Source: Phycisphaerales bacterium UBA5793 (GTDB lineage: Bacteria > Planctomycetota > Phycisphaerae > Phycisphaerales > UBA5793). From it: a stretch of 64,000 nt of DNA. Numbering within the stretch: the stretch's first letter is position 1; each line of letters begins with the position of its first letter. The translations under genes and the position numbers were made by a program. The stretch spans positions 37,491-101,490 of the forward strand of contig DIDT01000037.1 of NCBI GenBank assembly GCA_002418285.1. Reading direction: 5' to 3'. Under the pieces are notes generated by a model. That model saw nothing but the letters and a program-made list of their open reading frames with translations, searched no databases and was not told the DNA's origin. Below, piece after piece: positions 8,764-17,663 of the stretch.

Positions 8764-9648
8764 ATGCAACGCAGTGCGAACCAGTCTCGAATGTCTCGGC
8801 ACGGCCTCGTCCTGGCTACCCCCCTCTTCGCCGCCGCCCTTTGGCTGCTCGCGCCGTCGAGCACCGCTCTGGCCGCCAACCCGCCTGCTCGACGTGGGAT
8901 CTCCATCCAGCGCACTTCAGTCCGAATCGTCCTCGGCGGCCGAAGTGGAGACCGGCGTGACAATTGCAGAGAGAATGACCGATGCGACGATCGACGAGGA
9001 GATCGCCACGACGATTGGGGCCGCGATCGACGCGGCGACGATTGCGACGACCGTGGTACCAACCACGTCGGCTTCGGTATCGGATGGGAGTTCGGTCGCG
9101 ATTTCGGCCGTCGCAACGATCCGCCCCACCGCGACTCGCGCTATGGCGGAGATCGGTACTACGGCCTCGATTCCGAGGCGTGGTGCGATCTGACGAGCGG
9201 CCGGTACCTCAGCGCCAAGCACGAGTTCCTCGATCAGATCGAGTGTCGGCCCTGTGAGCCGATCCCCCGTCTTGGCTACGCCATCGCGTGCGGCCGCCTT
9301 GGACACGACCGCGAGGCGGAGAGGTCCATGCGCAAAGCGATCGATTTGGATGTCGATTCACTCGATGCCCTCTGTGTCGATTCCGATTTGCGGCGCGAAC
9401 TCCGCTGCCTTGTCGATCAGTACCAGTCGCAACTGCGTCATTGCGGTACGGACGCGGACACGCACTTCATGATCGCCTCGTTGCAGACCATCCTTGGCAA
9501 CTACGAAGCGGCGCTCTGTTCGGTTGAAACCGCTCGACGCTTCGGCGACTGTTCAACGTCGGCCCGCTCGCTCCAGTGCTTCATCGAATCGCACCTCAAG
9601 TGCGAGCCCCATCGTGAAGGAAGAGGACCGGACCGCGGACGCCATTGA
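8764..9648 (+). CDS. Hypothetical secreted protein with Arg/Asp-rich low-complexity region and Cys-rich helical C-terminal domain
   Basis: This frame is ORF 8680..9648. ATG 8764 follows 'GGAAAGGAG'. The signal peptide is 'MSRHGLVLATPLFAAALWLLAPSSTALA|AN'. The RD-rich stretch is 'GDRRDNCRENDRCDDRRGDRHDDWGRDRRGDDCDDRG', and the C-terminal part looks helical/TPR-like. I could not recognise a family. Confidence 0.5.
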   Translation: MQRSANQSRMSRHGLVLATPLFAAALWLLAPSSTALAANPPARRGISIQRTSVRIVLGGRSGDRRDNCRENDRCDDRRGDRHDDWGRDRRGDDCDDRGTNHVGFGIGWEFGRDFGRRNDPPHRDSRYGGDRYYGLDSEAWCDLTSGRYLSAKHEFLDQIECRPCEPIPRLGYAIACGRLGHDREAERSMRKAIDLDVDSLDALCVDSDLRRELRCLVDQYQSQLRHCGTDADTHFMIASLQTILGNYEAALCSVETARRFGDCSTSARSLQCFIESHLKCEPHREGRGPDRGRH

Positions 9649-9741
9649 TGGATGAGCCGCGCCGGCTGCTGACCGCCGGTGCGACGCCTTCCGAATTCGT
9701 ATCCGCCGTGCAACCGGGGCGACTCCTTCTCGCCCCGGTTG

Positions 9742-10842
9742 TCATTTTTCCACGCGGCTCACGCGCAGATCCTGGCGCGCATTGATCGTCGAACCCGGGA
9801 TCGCGGGCAGTCCCAGCAGCGAGAGTGCGAGATTGGCCGCATCGCCATTGCGGATGGGCTGCAAGTGCTCTGATGCCTCATCGTCAGCGCCCGGGCTGGC
9901 TAACTGGCTCGTGCCGGGATCATGACGCACTGCGGCATTGATCTCGTACAGATCCGCGCGTGGCGCACCATCACCGAGCCAGACGAGGAATGGAATGGTG
10001 TAATTCAGAGCCTGCGCGGGATCCTCGTGTGTGGTCCGCGGCGCACCGCCGCCATGATCGGCCGTAAGGATGATCGCCGTCGCTCGGTGCCGCTCGTCCG
10101 AATCGATGGCCTGCAGGATTTCTCCCAGTTGCGCATCGATATCGGCGACGGCCTGCATGTAGGCCGAGCCGCGTGATACGTCCCAGCCGTGGGCATGTCC
10201 AACCAGATCAGTTGTCGCATAATGCAGAAAGATCAGGCCGCGATCCCAGTCACTCAGCGCTTCGATCGCCCCGTCGGTCACGCCGTCAATCGTCGGGCAC
10301 ATTCTGGAACGGGTGATCGCCCATTTCTGCTCGTCGTGTCCGACGTTGTAACTCTTCACCCAGAGCGAGAACTTCGACTTGCCGTAGAACAGTCCAGTCC
10401 GCAGGCCATGCTCGTGTGCCACAGTGAAGATGCTGTCAATATCGTGTCCCGCGTGCAGTTGCAACGTGGCGATCGGCGGAGGATCAAGATTGCCTGTCCA
10501 CAGGTGACCATTCGGGCCACTGACAGGGCGACCGGTGATCATGCACGTGTGGTTCGGCAGTGTGATCGTGAAGTCCGGGTCCGTTCGAGCGTTCATCGTC
10601 GATGCACCGCCGGCCAGGCGGTTCAGGTTCGGCAATCGATCCGATCCGCCGACGGCTATCGCGTCCGGCCGCAATCCGTCCACACTGATGACGAGCACAA
10701 ACCTGAACGGCTCCGACGGCTCGTTCCCTGCATCGAACGCCGGCGGAGCACCGGTGGCGCGCATGACGAGGCCCAGCGCAACCAGCAAGGTGACGAGAAA
10801 CTGCATGAATGGCTCCGTCCCGTTCGGGTACTCGATCCGCAT
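9742..10842 (-). CDS. Nucleotide pyrophosphatase/phosphodiesterase (alkaline-phosphatase superfamily, NPP type), secreted
   Basis: The signal-like N-terminus is 'MQFLVTLLVALGLVMRATGAP'. NPP motifs are 'VISVDGLRPD', 'TLPNHTCMITG', 'DLVGHAHGW' and 'ILTADHGG'. An alternative start is ATG 10806. Confidence 0.8.
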   Translation of the reverse strand: MRIEYPNGTEPFMQFLVTLLVALGLVMRATGAPPAFDAGNEPSEPFRFVLVISVDGLRPDAIAVGGSDRLPNLNRLAGGASTMNARTDPDFTITLPNHTCMITGRPVSGPNGHLWTGNLDPPPIATLQLHAGHDIDSIFTVAHEHGLRTGLFYGKSKFSLWVKSYNVGHDEQKWAITRSRMCPTIDGVTDGAIEALSDWDRGLIFLHYATTDLVGHAHGWDVSRGSAYMQAVADIDAQLGEILQAIDSDERHRATAIILTADHGGGAPRTTHEDPAQALNYTIPFLVWLGDGAPRADLYEINAAVRHDPGTSQLASPGADDEASEHLQPIRNGDAANLALSLLGLPAIPGSTINARQDLRVSRVEK

Positions 10843-10864
10843 CGCCTTTCACCTGCGACGCCGG

Positions 10865-12424
10865 TTACTTGTTCAGCAGCATGGGAATCACGTCGAGGTA
10901 GGTCAACAGAAACACGAGGGCGATGCCAATGATGTTAAGCCACATTCCGGCCTTGCACATTTGCGCAATCGTAATCTCTCCGCTGCCGAAGATGATCGCG
11001 TTGGGTGGCGTGGCGACGGGCATCATGAACGCCAGGCTCACAGAGATGGTGGCCGGCACGATGAGCAGCACTGGATCCACTCCCAAGCCGAGGGCCACGG
11101 CACTGAGTATCGGCAAGAACGTGGCAATCGTGGCAGTGTTGCTCGTCAGTTCGGTGAGAAAGACCAACAGTGTGATCACGACCAGCACCAGCATCCACGT
11201 CGGCACGCCGTGCATCGACTGCACGCCCTGACCAATGTACCCAGCCACCCCCGAAGTCTTGATTGCCGCCGCCAGACTCAGTCCGCCACCAAAGAGTATC
11301 AGTGTGCCCCAAGGGAGTTTGACCGCCTCCTCCCACGTGAGCAAAAACACACCGCGCTTCCAGTCGATAGGCAGACCAAACAGCACCAGCGCCGCCGCGA
11401 TGGCGATTACCGAGTCCTCCACGCCGGCGAAACTCATTCGACCGAGCACGATCTTCTTGATCAGCGGTTGGGTAATCCACAGTGCCGCGGTCAGAACAAA
11501 CACAATGAGCACCGCCAACTCGGCTCTTGACATCGGTCCCTGCGATTCAAGTTCGCGCCGGATCAGCGCCCGCCCGCCGGGAATTTCGTTGATCCGGATC
11601 GGGAAAACCAATCGCGTCAAGACGAACCACGCAATTGGCAGGAACACCACCACAAAAGGCACGCCAATGAGCATCCACTTGGCAAAAGAGACTTCCACAC
11701 CCTGGCTGGCGAGATGCGACACCATCAGCACGTTGGGCGGCGTCCCGATGAGCGTGCCAACGCCGCCTATGGATGCGGCATACGCCGTGCCCAGCAACAG
11801 GCAGACGGCGAAGTTGAACTGCCCTCCTGCGCCGGTAGGAATGGCCGCGCCCGATTTGGCGATTTCGCGGCGCACGAGAGCGATGACGCTCAGCGCGATG
11901 GGGAGCATCATCACCACCGTCGCGGTATTGGACACCCACATGCTCAGCAGCGCGCTGGAGATCATGAATCCCGCGACAAGTGCGGTCGGCCGCGTACCGA
12001 CAAGCAGCACAATGTTGAGGGCCAATCGCCGGTGCAGACCCCAGCGTTCCATCGCCAGTGCGATCATGAAGCCGCCCATGAACAGGTAGATCACGTGGTC
12101 TGCATAGGGCGCCGTAGCCTGCCTGACATTGATCTCTCCACCCGTCAACAAGGGAAGAAGCACGATCGGCAGCAGCGCCGTCGCCGCAATCGGCAACGCC
12201 TCGGTCACCCACAACGTGGCCATGAACACGCCGATGGCAGCGACAGGAGCACCAGCCGGACCCATGATGACCTCACCCGACGAATCACGCACCGTGGCCG
12301 GCATCAACCACCACACGACGAGCGCCAGGATTGGCGCCAGGGCCAGTCCGATCCACCGCGCCACGTGCGATCGCGATTCGATCGGCTCATCGGCGTGGTT
12401 GGTTGGCTTGATCTCAGGCATCAT
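10865..12424 (-). CDS. DASS/SLC13-family sodium-coupled anion symporter (sulfate/dicarboxylate/phosphate type)
   Basis: 519 aa and polytopic. The two hairpin 'SNTAT' motifs typical of DASS transporters are present ('MWVSNTATVVMMLPI', 'LTSNTATIATFLPI'). Its start overlaps the upstream gene's stop (ATGA). Confidence 0.85.
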   Translation of the reverse strand: MMPEIKPTNHADEPIESRSHVARWIGLALAPILALVVWWLMPATVRDSSGEVIMGPAGAPVAAIGVFMATLWVTEALPIAATALLPIVLLPLLTGGEINVRQATAPYADHVIYLFMGGFMIALAMERWGLHRRLALNIVLLVGTRPTALVAGFMISSALLSMWVSNTATVVMMLPIALSVIALVRREIAKSGAAIPTGAGGQFNFAVCLLLGTAYAASIGGVGTLIGTPPNVLMVSHLASQGVEVSFAKWMLIGVPFVVVFLPIAWFVLTRLVFPIRINEIPGGRALIRRELESQGPMSRAELAVLIVFVLTAALWITQPLIKKIVLGRMSFAGVEDSVIAIAAALVLFGLPIDWKRGVFLLTWEEAVKLPWGTLILFGGGLSLAAAIKTSGVAGYIGQGVQSMHGVPTWMLVLVVITLLVFLTELTSNTATIATFLPILSAVALGLGVDPVLLIVPATISVSLAFMMPVATPPNAIIFGSGEITIAQMCKAGMWLNIIGIALVFLLTYLDVIPMLLNK

Positions 12425-12717
12425 CGGCGAATCTCGAAGGAGGAGAACTCACCCGTCGCGCTGGACCGCTCGATGCGCTCGTTGCGGATGTGCCCTTCCA
12501 TGTCGCGTCGGATTGAATCGAGAAATCGGTCCAGTTGATCGCTGACAGCTTCGGCAACCAGTTGAACCGTACCGTCTCGCTCGTTTCGCACCCAGCCCGT
12601 GACACCCACCTGCCGCGCTGCGCGAGCCGCAGTCCATCGAAAGCCGACGCCCTGGACGTGGCCTTCAAAGAGAACTGTGACACGATGGGTGGGAGGCTGG
12701 TTCATCGTGAATCGCAC
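12421..12717 (-). CDS. acyP: Acylphosphatase
   Basis: 98 aa. 'VLFEGHVQGVGFRWTAARAARQVGVTGWVRNERDGTVQLVAEA' matches the acylphosphatase signature (V-x-G-x-V-Q-G-V-x-F-R ... G-W-V-x-N). Confidence 0.85.
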   Translation of the reverse strand: MRFTMNQPPTHRVTVLFEGHVQGVGFRWTAARAARQVGVTGWVRNERDGTVQLVAEAVSDQLDRFLDSIRRDMEGHIRNERIERSSATGEFSSFEIRR

Positions 12718-12810
12718 TCGTCAAATCGATCCGGACGTGGTATTGACATTGAAGCCCTTGTGTCCCAACAAGTTCACCCCAAGTCGCGAAATCGGGTGGT
12801 GATTCCTTAG

Positions 12811-12828
12811 TTTCAAAGATTTTTGAAA
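12811..12828. promoter_or_regulatory. Perfect 7-bp inverted repeat TTTCAAA-N4-TTTGAAA, candidate operator in the acyP / GbsR-like regulator divergent intergenic region
   Basis: Read directly: 12811 'TTTCAAA GATT TTTGAAA' 12828. It is AT-rich in a GC-rich genome and lies about 52 nt upstream of ATG 12880 of the winged-helix regulator. Confidence 0.3.
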
Positions 12829-12879
12829 GAACTACTGGCCACCAAAGACCCCGATGGTATCCTCTTGCTGGAGACCGCT

Positions 12880-13470
12880 ATGACCACTCCCCCATCAACT
12901 GGCAAACGCTCATCCCGCAGCCGCCCGACGCGCGCCTCCAAAGCGCTGCGCGAGGGCCAGAACCGGTTCGTCAGCATCTGGGGCGAGATGGGTTCTTCCT
13001 GGGGAATTCCGCGCACCATGGCCGAGGTCCATGCACTGCTCTACATCGTCGGCGAGCCCCTCAACACCGATCAGATCATGGAGCGGCTGGCCATCAGCCG
13101 CGGCAGCGCGAGCATGTCACTCAAATCGCTGCACGACTGGGGCCTCGTCGGCCGGGCGCACAAACGCGGCGACCGCAAGGAGTACTTCCGCGCCGAGCAG
13201 GATGTCTGGCAGGTCTTCCGCATCATCACCCGCGAACGCAAGCGCCGTGAGATCGATCCCGTGCTTATGGCGTTACACGACTGCCGCGACGTTACCGGCC
13301 CGCGGGCCGCGGATCTGGAAAGCTGCGAGACCGACGTGGAGTCCCACAACGATCGATTGGACCGCATGATCGAGTTCATCGAACTGATTGACTCGCTCGC
13401 AGATCAGTTTGTCAGCCCGGCCGGCAAGGGGCTGCAACTGGCCGTCGGCCTTCTCGGGAAGGCGGTCTGA
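12880..13470 (+). CDS. GbsR/MarR-family winged-helix transcriptional regulator
   Basis: 'RFVSIWGEMGSSWGIPRTMAEVHALLYIVGEPLNTDQIMERLAISRGSASMSLKSLHDWGLVGRAHKRGDRKEYF' is the typical GbsR-type wHTH. The ORF-track start 12823 is a TTG inside the palindrome, so ATG 12880 is preferred. Confidence 0.75.
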   Translation: MTTPPSTGKRSSRSRPTRASKALREGQNRFVSIWGEMGSSWGIPRTMAEVHALLYIVGEPLNTDQIMERLAISRGSASMSLKSLHDWGLVGRAHKRGDRKEYFRAEQDVWQVFRIITRERKRREIDPVLMALHDCRDVTGPRAADLESCETDVESHNDRLDRMIEFIELIDSLADQFVSPAGKGLQLAVGLLGKAV

Positions 13471-13471
13471 G

Positions 13472-14053
13472 ATGGCTCGAGCACCGCATCTTGTTCAGTC
13501 CCCTCGTTCGCGACGAGTCGAAGGGGGAGCCCATCTGGAATCGCCACGCGAGTGCCTGGCCAGCGTGCACTGGCAAGTGCATGTTCCCAATCACGGGCAG
13601 GGAATCGCCGACACCGCCACCGCCGGCGCTGATATCGAGCTGCTTAGTGAAGCAATCTCAGCTGCTTCCGAGTCGGGACACCGATACCTCCTGCTGACCT
13701 TCTGGATCGATCGAGGCACGCCTGAGCGACCTGAGCGCGACGTGCTCGCAGCCTTCACCGATGACCCAGCCAGCCATCCTCAGCCGTTGGGAGTCGACGT
13801 ACAGCTCGCGGCATTCGAATTTACGAATGCAGGCGAGTCTCTCAGCGTGGACATCGTCGCCGCCAAGCCGCTTCTGCGCATCACGCAGGTCTCAGGCTCG
13901 AGCGAGCAACTGACCATGGTCTGGTGCCAAGGGATAGTGCACGAACTGCTGGGTCTTGGAGGCGGCCAGTATCGCCTTGACACGATCCGCATCGACCGAT
14001 CGCTCCTCTCGCGGGTGACATCGCATGTGAGTTTGGCGCGCGAAGCCGGCTAG
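13472..14053 (+). CDS. Hypothetical protein (no recognisable family)
   Basis: This is the frame of ORF 13388..14053. ATG 13472 lies 1 nt after the regulator's stop. Third-position GC is good in the distal two-thirds and weaker at the 5' end, so the start is uncertain. Confidence 0.4.
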   Translation: MARAPHLVQSPRSRRVEGGAHLESPRECLASVHWQVHVPNHGQGIADTATAGADIELLSEAISAASESGHRYLLLTFWIDRGTPERPERDVLAAFTDDPASHPQPLGVDVQLAAFEFTNAGESLSVDIVAAKPLLRITQVSGSSEQLTMVWCQGIVHELLGLGGGQYRLDTIRIDRSLLSRVTSHVSLAREAG

Positions 14054-14498
14054 ATCACTCGTTTTCCACAATTCATGCGCATTGAGCGCAGCCGCGGTGG
14101 ACGAAAAAAAAGTGCGCGGCGCAAACGCTTGTCACTCCGATGTTCCCGGACCTGTGGACGCGAAATACACAAACCCAACACTTGTGAAATGCTCACAGAT
14201 GTCGTATTCTGTGTCCGAGCCAGGACGGTTCGAAGAAGAGTGGGGCATCAGGTGGTCCCTTTCAGTTCTTATTCATCATGAGTCGTTGACTCAAACTTGC
14301 TCGGCCCGCGCGAGCCTTCCCACCGATCGCCACATCTTCTTAGTGACGGTTTGCCCCATCGAGGTGCGAACGGACTCCCCCCGTAGGTGCTGTTGGATTG
14401 TGGGTCATCGAGGCGGCAACGCTTCGTGGACTGGGTGGACGTAGTTCGTTTCGGCATCAATCGCGTCGAGAAGTAATCGCTCGAAGGAAGAGGGAACA
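14054..14498. other. Candidate oriC / dnaA promoter region with DnaA-box-like repeats
   Basis: This 445-bp spacer lies directly upstream of dnaA and is visibly lower in GC. 'TTTTCCACA' at 14062-14070 is 1 mismatch from TTATCCACA. Four same-orientation 'GTGGAC' cores occur at 14097, 14154, 14426 and 14435, 'TGTGGGTCA' at 14399-14407, and an A8 tract at 14104-14111. Confidence 0.45.
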
Positions 14499-15953
14499 GT
14501 GGCTGCAACCGCTGCGGCGAACGGTATGGCTGCGCGCCTGTGTGAAGACCTTGCTCAACGACTTGGACCCACCAAGTTTGGCCTCTGGTTTGAACAGACC
14601 GCCCAGTTACGGGTGGAAGATAATCGTCTGCACATTACCGTCCCCACCCGGTTCCACGCCGACTGGATCCAGCGTCACTTCCGTGAGGATCTTCGCGACT
14701 CCGCCACCCGCACCTCCGGCTCGGACCTGCCGCTGGACGTGACCATCGAGCCAAAGGCGTTCCCGGGCTTGTCTTCTGACCTGCCTTCGCCGCCCGCGCC
14801 CGTCGCCCCGCACTTGCCGCGTCGCAGGCGAACCAGCAGTTGGCTCGGGTCTCGCTTTGATGAGCGGTTCGATCTCGACCGCTTCGTGGTCGGCGTCAGT
14901 AACGAGATGGCCTATCGCGCGGCTTGCGCCATGGCTGAGGGTAACTCCACGTTCAATCCGCTGTTCATCCATGGCGGGTGCGGGCTGGGCAAGACCCACC
15001 TCCTGCAGGGCATCTGCCGCCGCTGCCGCCTGAGCAGTCCCGACGTCCGTATCCGATACGTTACCGGCGAGCAGTTCACCAATGAGTTCATCGCTGCGGT
15101 ACGGTCCAACGATCTCGATTCGTTCCGCCGACCCTATCGCGAGATCGATCTCCTCGCGATCGACGACATTCACTTCCTCTCCAACAAGAAAGCCACGCAG
15201 AACGAATTCCTGGCGACATTTGACGCCATCGGGCTCGGCGGCTCAAAAGTCGTGCTGGCCAGCGATGAGCACCCGCGCCAGATCACCCAGTTCCACGCCA
15301 GGCTTGTCAGTCGGCTGCTCTCGGGAATGGTTGTCGAAGTTCAACTTCCCGACATTGAGACAAGGCGGCAGATCATCTCCCGCTGGGCGCTCGAAAAGGG
15401 GATGGTGTTCCATCCCGCTGCCGTAGAGGCGCTCGCCGAGCGCTGCATCGGATCAGTGCGCGAGATCGAAGGCACCCTGACGCGACTCGAAGCGCTGGCC
15501 ATGATCGGCGGCGGCGTGGGTGATGAACTGGCGTCCTCGCAAGCGTCCGGCGAAGTCGGCATGGTTCTTGTCAGTCGCCTCTTTGGCGAGCAAGCGGAGG
15601 AATTGCGTCCCAACGTTCGCGTCGAAGCAATCATGTCCTCAGTTGCAGAGCGATTCGGTGTCGAGACGAGCCGCCTGGCCGGAAACAGCCGTCATCGCGA
15701 CGTCGTGCTCGCGCGGTCGGTTACGGCATACCTGGCGCGAAAACTCACCACCCGGAGTTTCCCCGAAATCGCCCGGGCGATGGGACGCTCGAACCACAGC
15801 ACGATTGTCACCGCCTCGCAGCGCGTCGAGCGGCAATTGGCTGAAAACGCCTCCGTCGTCGTCCGCGACGCCGATACACCCGTGTCGCTTCGCTACATCG
15901 TTGATTCGCTGCGAAACGCATTGACGCGTGCCAGAAAATCTCCTCCAGGTTGA
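14499..15953 (+). CDS. dnaA: Chromosomal replication initiator protein DnaA
   Basis: 484 aa. The GTG start follows 'GGAAGAGGGAAC'. AAA+ Walker A is 'GGCGLGKTHLLQGI' and Walker B is 'LLAIDDIHFL'. Domain IV is 'RDVVLARSVTAYLARKLTTRSFPEIARAMGRSNHSTIVTASQRV'. Confidence 0.95.
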   Translation: MAATAAANGMAARLCEDLAQRLGPTKFGLWFEQTAQLRVEDNRLHITVPTRFHADWIQRHFREDLRDSATRTSGSDLPLDVTIEPKAFPGLSSDLPSPPAPVAPHLPRRRRTSSWLGSRFDERFDLDRFVVGVSNEMAYRAACAMAEGNSTFNPLFIHGGCGLGKTHLLQGICRRCRLSSPDVRIRYVTGEQFTNEFIAAVRSNDLDSFRRPYREIDLLAIDDIHFLSNKKATQNEFLATFDAIGLGGSKVVLASDEHPRQITQFHARLVSRLLSGMVVEVQLPDIETRRQIISRWALEKGMVFHPAAVEALAERCIGSVREIEGTLTRLEALAMIGGGVGDELASSQASGEVGMVLVSRLFGEQAEELRPNVRVEAIMSSVAERFGVETSRLAGNSRHRDVVLARSVTAYLARKLTTRSFPEIARAMGRSNHSTIVTASQRVERQLAENASVVVRDADTPVSLRYIVDSLRNALTRARKSPPG

Positions 15954-16015
15954 GCACCTGCGACGGCGCTCTGAGAAGGCAGCATCAACGGCACAAGCCG
16001 AAATCTCCCTCCGAC

Positions 16016-16056
16016 CGCGGCGTCGGCCACCCCTTCGGCCGACGCCGCGTGTGTCT
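16016..16056 (+). terminator. Stem-loop downstream of dnaA (putative terminator)
   Basis: A perfect 12-13 bp GC-rich stem, 'GCGGCGTCGGCC' (16017-16028) with 'GGCCGACGCCGC' (16037-16048), has an 8-nt loop. It is followed by 'GTGTGTCTGG', which is U/G-rich but not a clean U-tract. Confidence 0.45.
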
Positions 16057-16130
16057 GGTAACCGGGCACGGCGCCGGGGGAAACCCACTTTCGTTCGCGT
16101 GACGCCGCGAACTTGAATAGACTCCTGTTA

Positions 16131-17651
16131 ATGCGCTGCCCTTCCCTTCTTCGAACCATCGTTCTCATCCTTGCGACCCTTGCGTGGACACATCTGGCGC
16201 TTGCCGGAGATGATCGGTTCGACGATGCGGTTCGAATCATGCGTCGCGCCACGACGGTTCGCTCCACCGGCGAACACATCCTGTTCCTCAGCAGTCTGCG
16301 ACAGTTGAATGACCCGGACCTGCAGCCGCTGTTCAGCTCACTGAGCCAGGTAAAGAACCCGACGATTCAGACCAACGCCGTGCTCGGCCTGGCGGAACTC
16401 TCCAAGAACCACCACATCGATCCGTGGAAGCTGAGCCAGATCAAAGACACTCGCTTTCGCGCGATGGCGATCATCCAGGCGCGCAACGATGATCTCATCG
16501 GCCCGGACGAACTCCGAGACATTCTCATCTGGGATGATCTCACGGAAGACCTGCGCGTCTACGTGGTGCTAGTGCTGGTGAGCATGGACGAGCCCGTCGA
16601 TGTCGCCGCGCTGCAGACGCTCATGAAAGATGGCAAGCTGCCGGGCACGCGCACCTACGCTGCACTGGCGTTGCGCCACCTGGGGCATCCAGAAGACACT
16701 GATGAGCCGCTCAAGGCCATGGATTCTCTCCCGCCGCAACTGCGCGATGGAGCATTGCGCGAGATTCTCAGCACCATGTCCTACATGAAACTGACTGGCG
16801 CCGCGCCGTGGATTCGCGAACAACTCGACCGCGCGGAGCTGAGCCCGGGAACGGAAGACATCGCTCTGCGCTCGCTGTTGGCGCTCGATCCCGCCGCCGG
16901 CGCAGCAGCGTGGCAGCTGCGCTATAACGAGAGCACCAATATCGGCGCCAAAGTCCGACTCACGCTCATGCTGCTCGAGGTTGCGGAAAAGGTTGACGCG
17001 GCGCTGTTTGCGCCGGCTTCCAAGGACTCCAACGAGCTGCTCGCCAACCTGGGCAAGGCTGGACAACTCGTCGCCGCGCGCCAGCGCGAAGTCGAGGTAT
17101 GTCAGACACTGATCGGTCTGCATCACCCGCCCAGCACGGCCTGGGTGCTCGAACATGCCAAAACCACTCCCGCCGAGTCAGCCGCGCCGATCTACTCGGC
17201 GATGATTGCCGACACTCTGGAAGAAGGCGGGGCGCGAAACGATCGTCTCGAACTCGCCCGATTGGCTGGCGCCGAGCTTCTCAAGATTGACCCCGCCTCA
17301 CTGCGAACGGTGCTCGATCTCGCTCGATCGCGACAGCGGCTGCTCACCATCGAAGCCATCCTCTCGGGCGCGCTCACCGCATCCTCCCCCGCCGCTCTGC
17401 AATTAATCGAAGGAATCGATGAATGGGACTCCACTCGAGCGCAATCGCTGGCGCTGATCATCAAGGCTCGCTACGCCGACGCGCTGACCGAAGATGACCT
17501 CTATCGCCTCAGCCTCGTGTTCCGAGGCGGCGGCTCCGTCACGGCCGCAGCCGAGGTACAGGCAGCCTGGCTCTACCTGCGACGCACCGGTCAGCAGGGA
17601 CAGGCCCTTGCGGCTATCCTCAGCGACCTCTCGAATACCGCCGATCGATGA
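16131..17651 (+). CDS. Secreted HEAT/armadillo-like repeat protein (hypothetical)
   Basis: ATG 16131 gives the signal peptide 'MRCPSLLRTIVLILATLAWTHLALA|GDD'. The body is Leu/Ala-rich with helical repeats ('NPTIQTNAVLGLAELSK', 'RTYAALALRHLGHPED'). The ORF-track start 16113 is a TTG. Confidence 0.55.
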   Translation: MRCPSLLRTIVLILATLAWTHLALAGDDRFDDAVRIMRRATTVRSTGEHILFLSSLRQLNDPDLQPLFSSLSQVKNPTIQTNAVLGLAELSKNHHIDPWKLSQIKDTRFRAMAIIQARNDDLIGPDELRDILIWDDLTEDLRVYVVLVLVSMDEPVDVAALQTLMKDGKLPGTRTYAALALRHLGHPEDTDEPLKAMDSLPPQLRDGALREILSTMSYMKLTGAAPWIREQLDRAELSPGTEDIALRSLLALDPAAGAAAWQLRYNESTNIGAKVRLTLMLLEVAEKVDAALFAPASKDSNELLANLGKAGQLVAARQREVEVCQTLIGLHHPPSTAWVLEHAKTTPAESAAPIYSAMIADTLEEGGARNDRLELARLAGAELLKIDPASLRTVLDLARSRQRLLTIEAILSGALTASSPAALQLIEGIDEWDSTRAQSLALIIKARYADALTEDDLYRLSLVFRGGGSVTAAAEVQAAWLYLRRTGQQGQALAAILSDLSNTADR

Positions 17652-17663
17652 ACATCAAGGAAG

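Noticed and set aside
8493-9306. ORFs 8493..9116(-), 8687..9193(+) and 8917..9306(-) in the repeat-rich RD region
   Set aside because: They are kept open by the CGA/GAC repeat composition. None has a signal peptide or a structured continuation. The 8764..9648 frame is coherent end to end.
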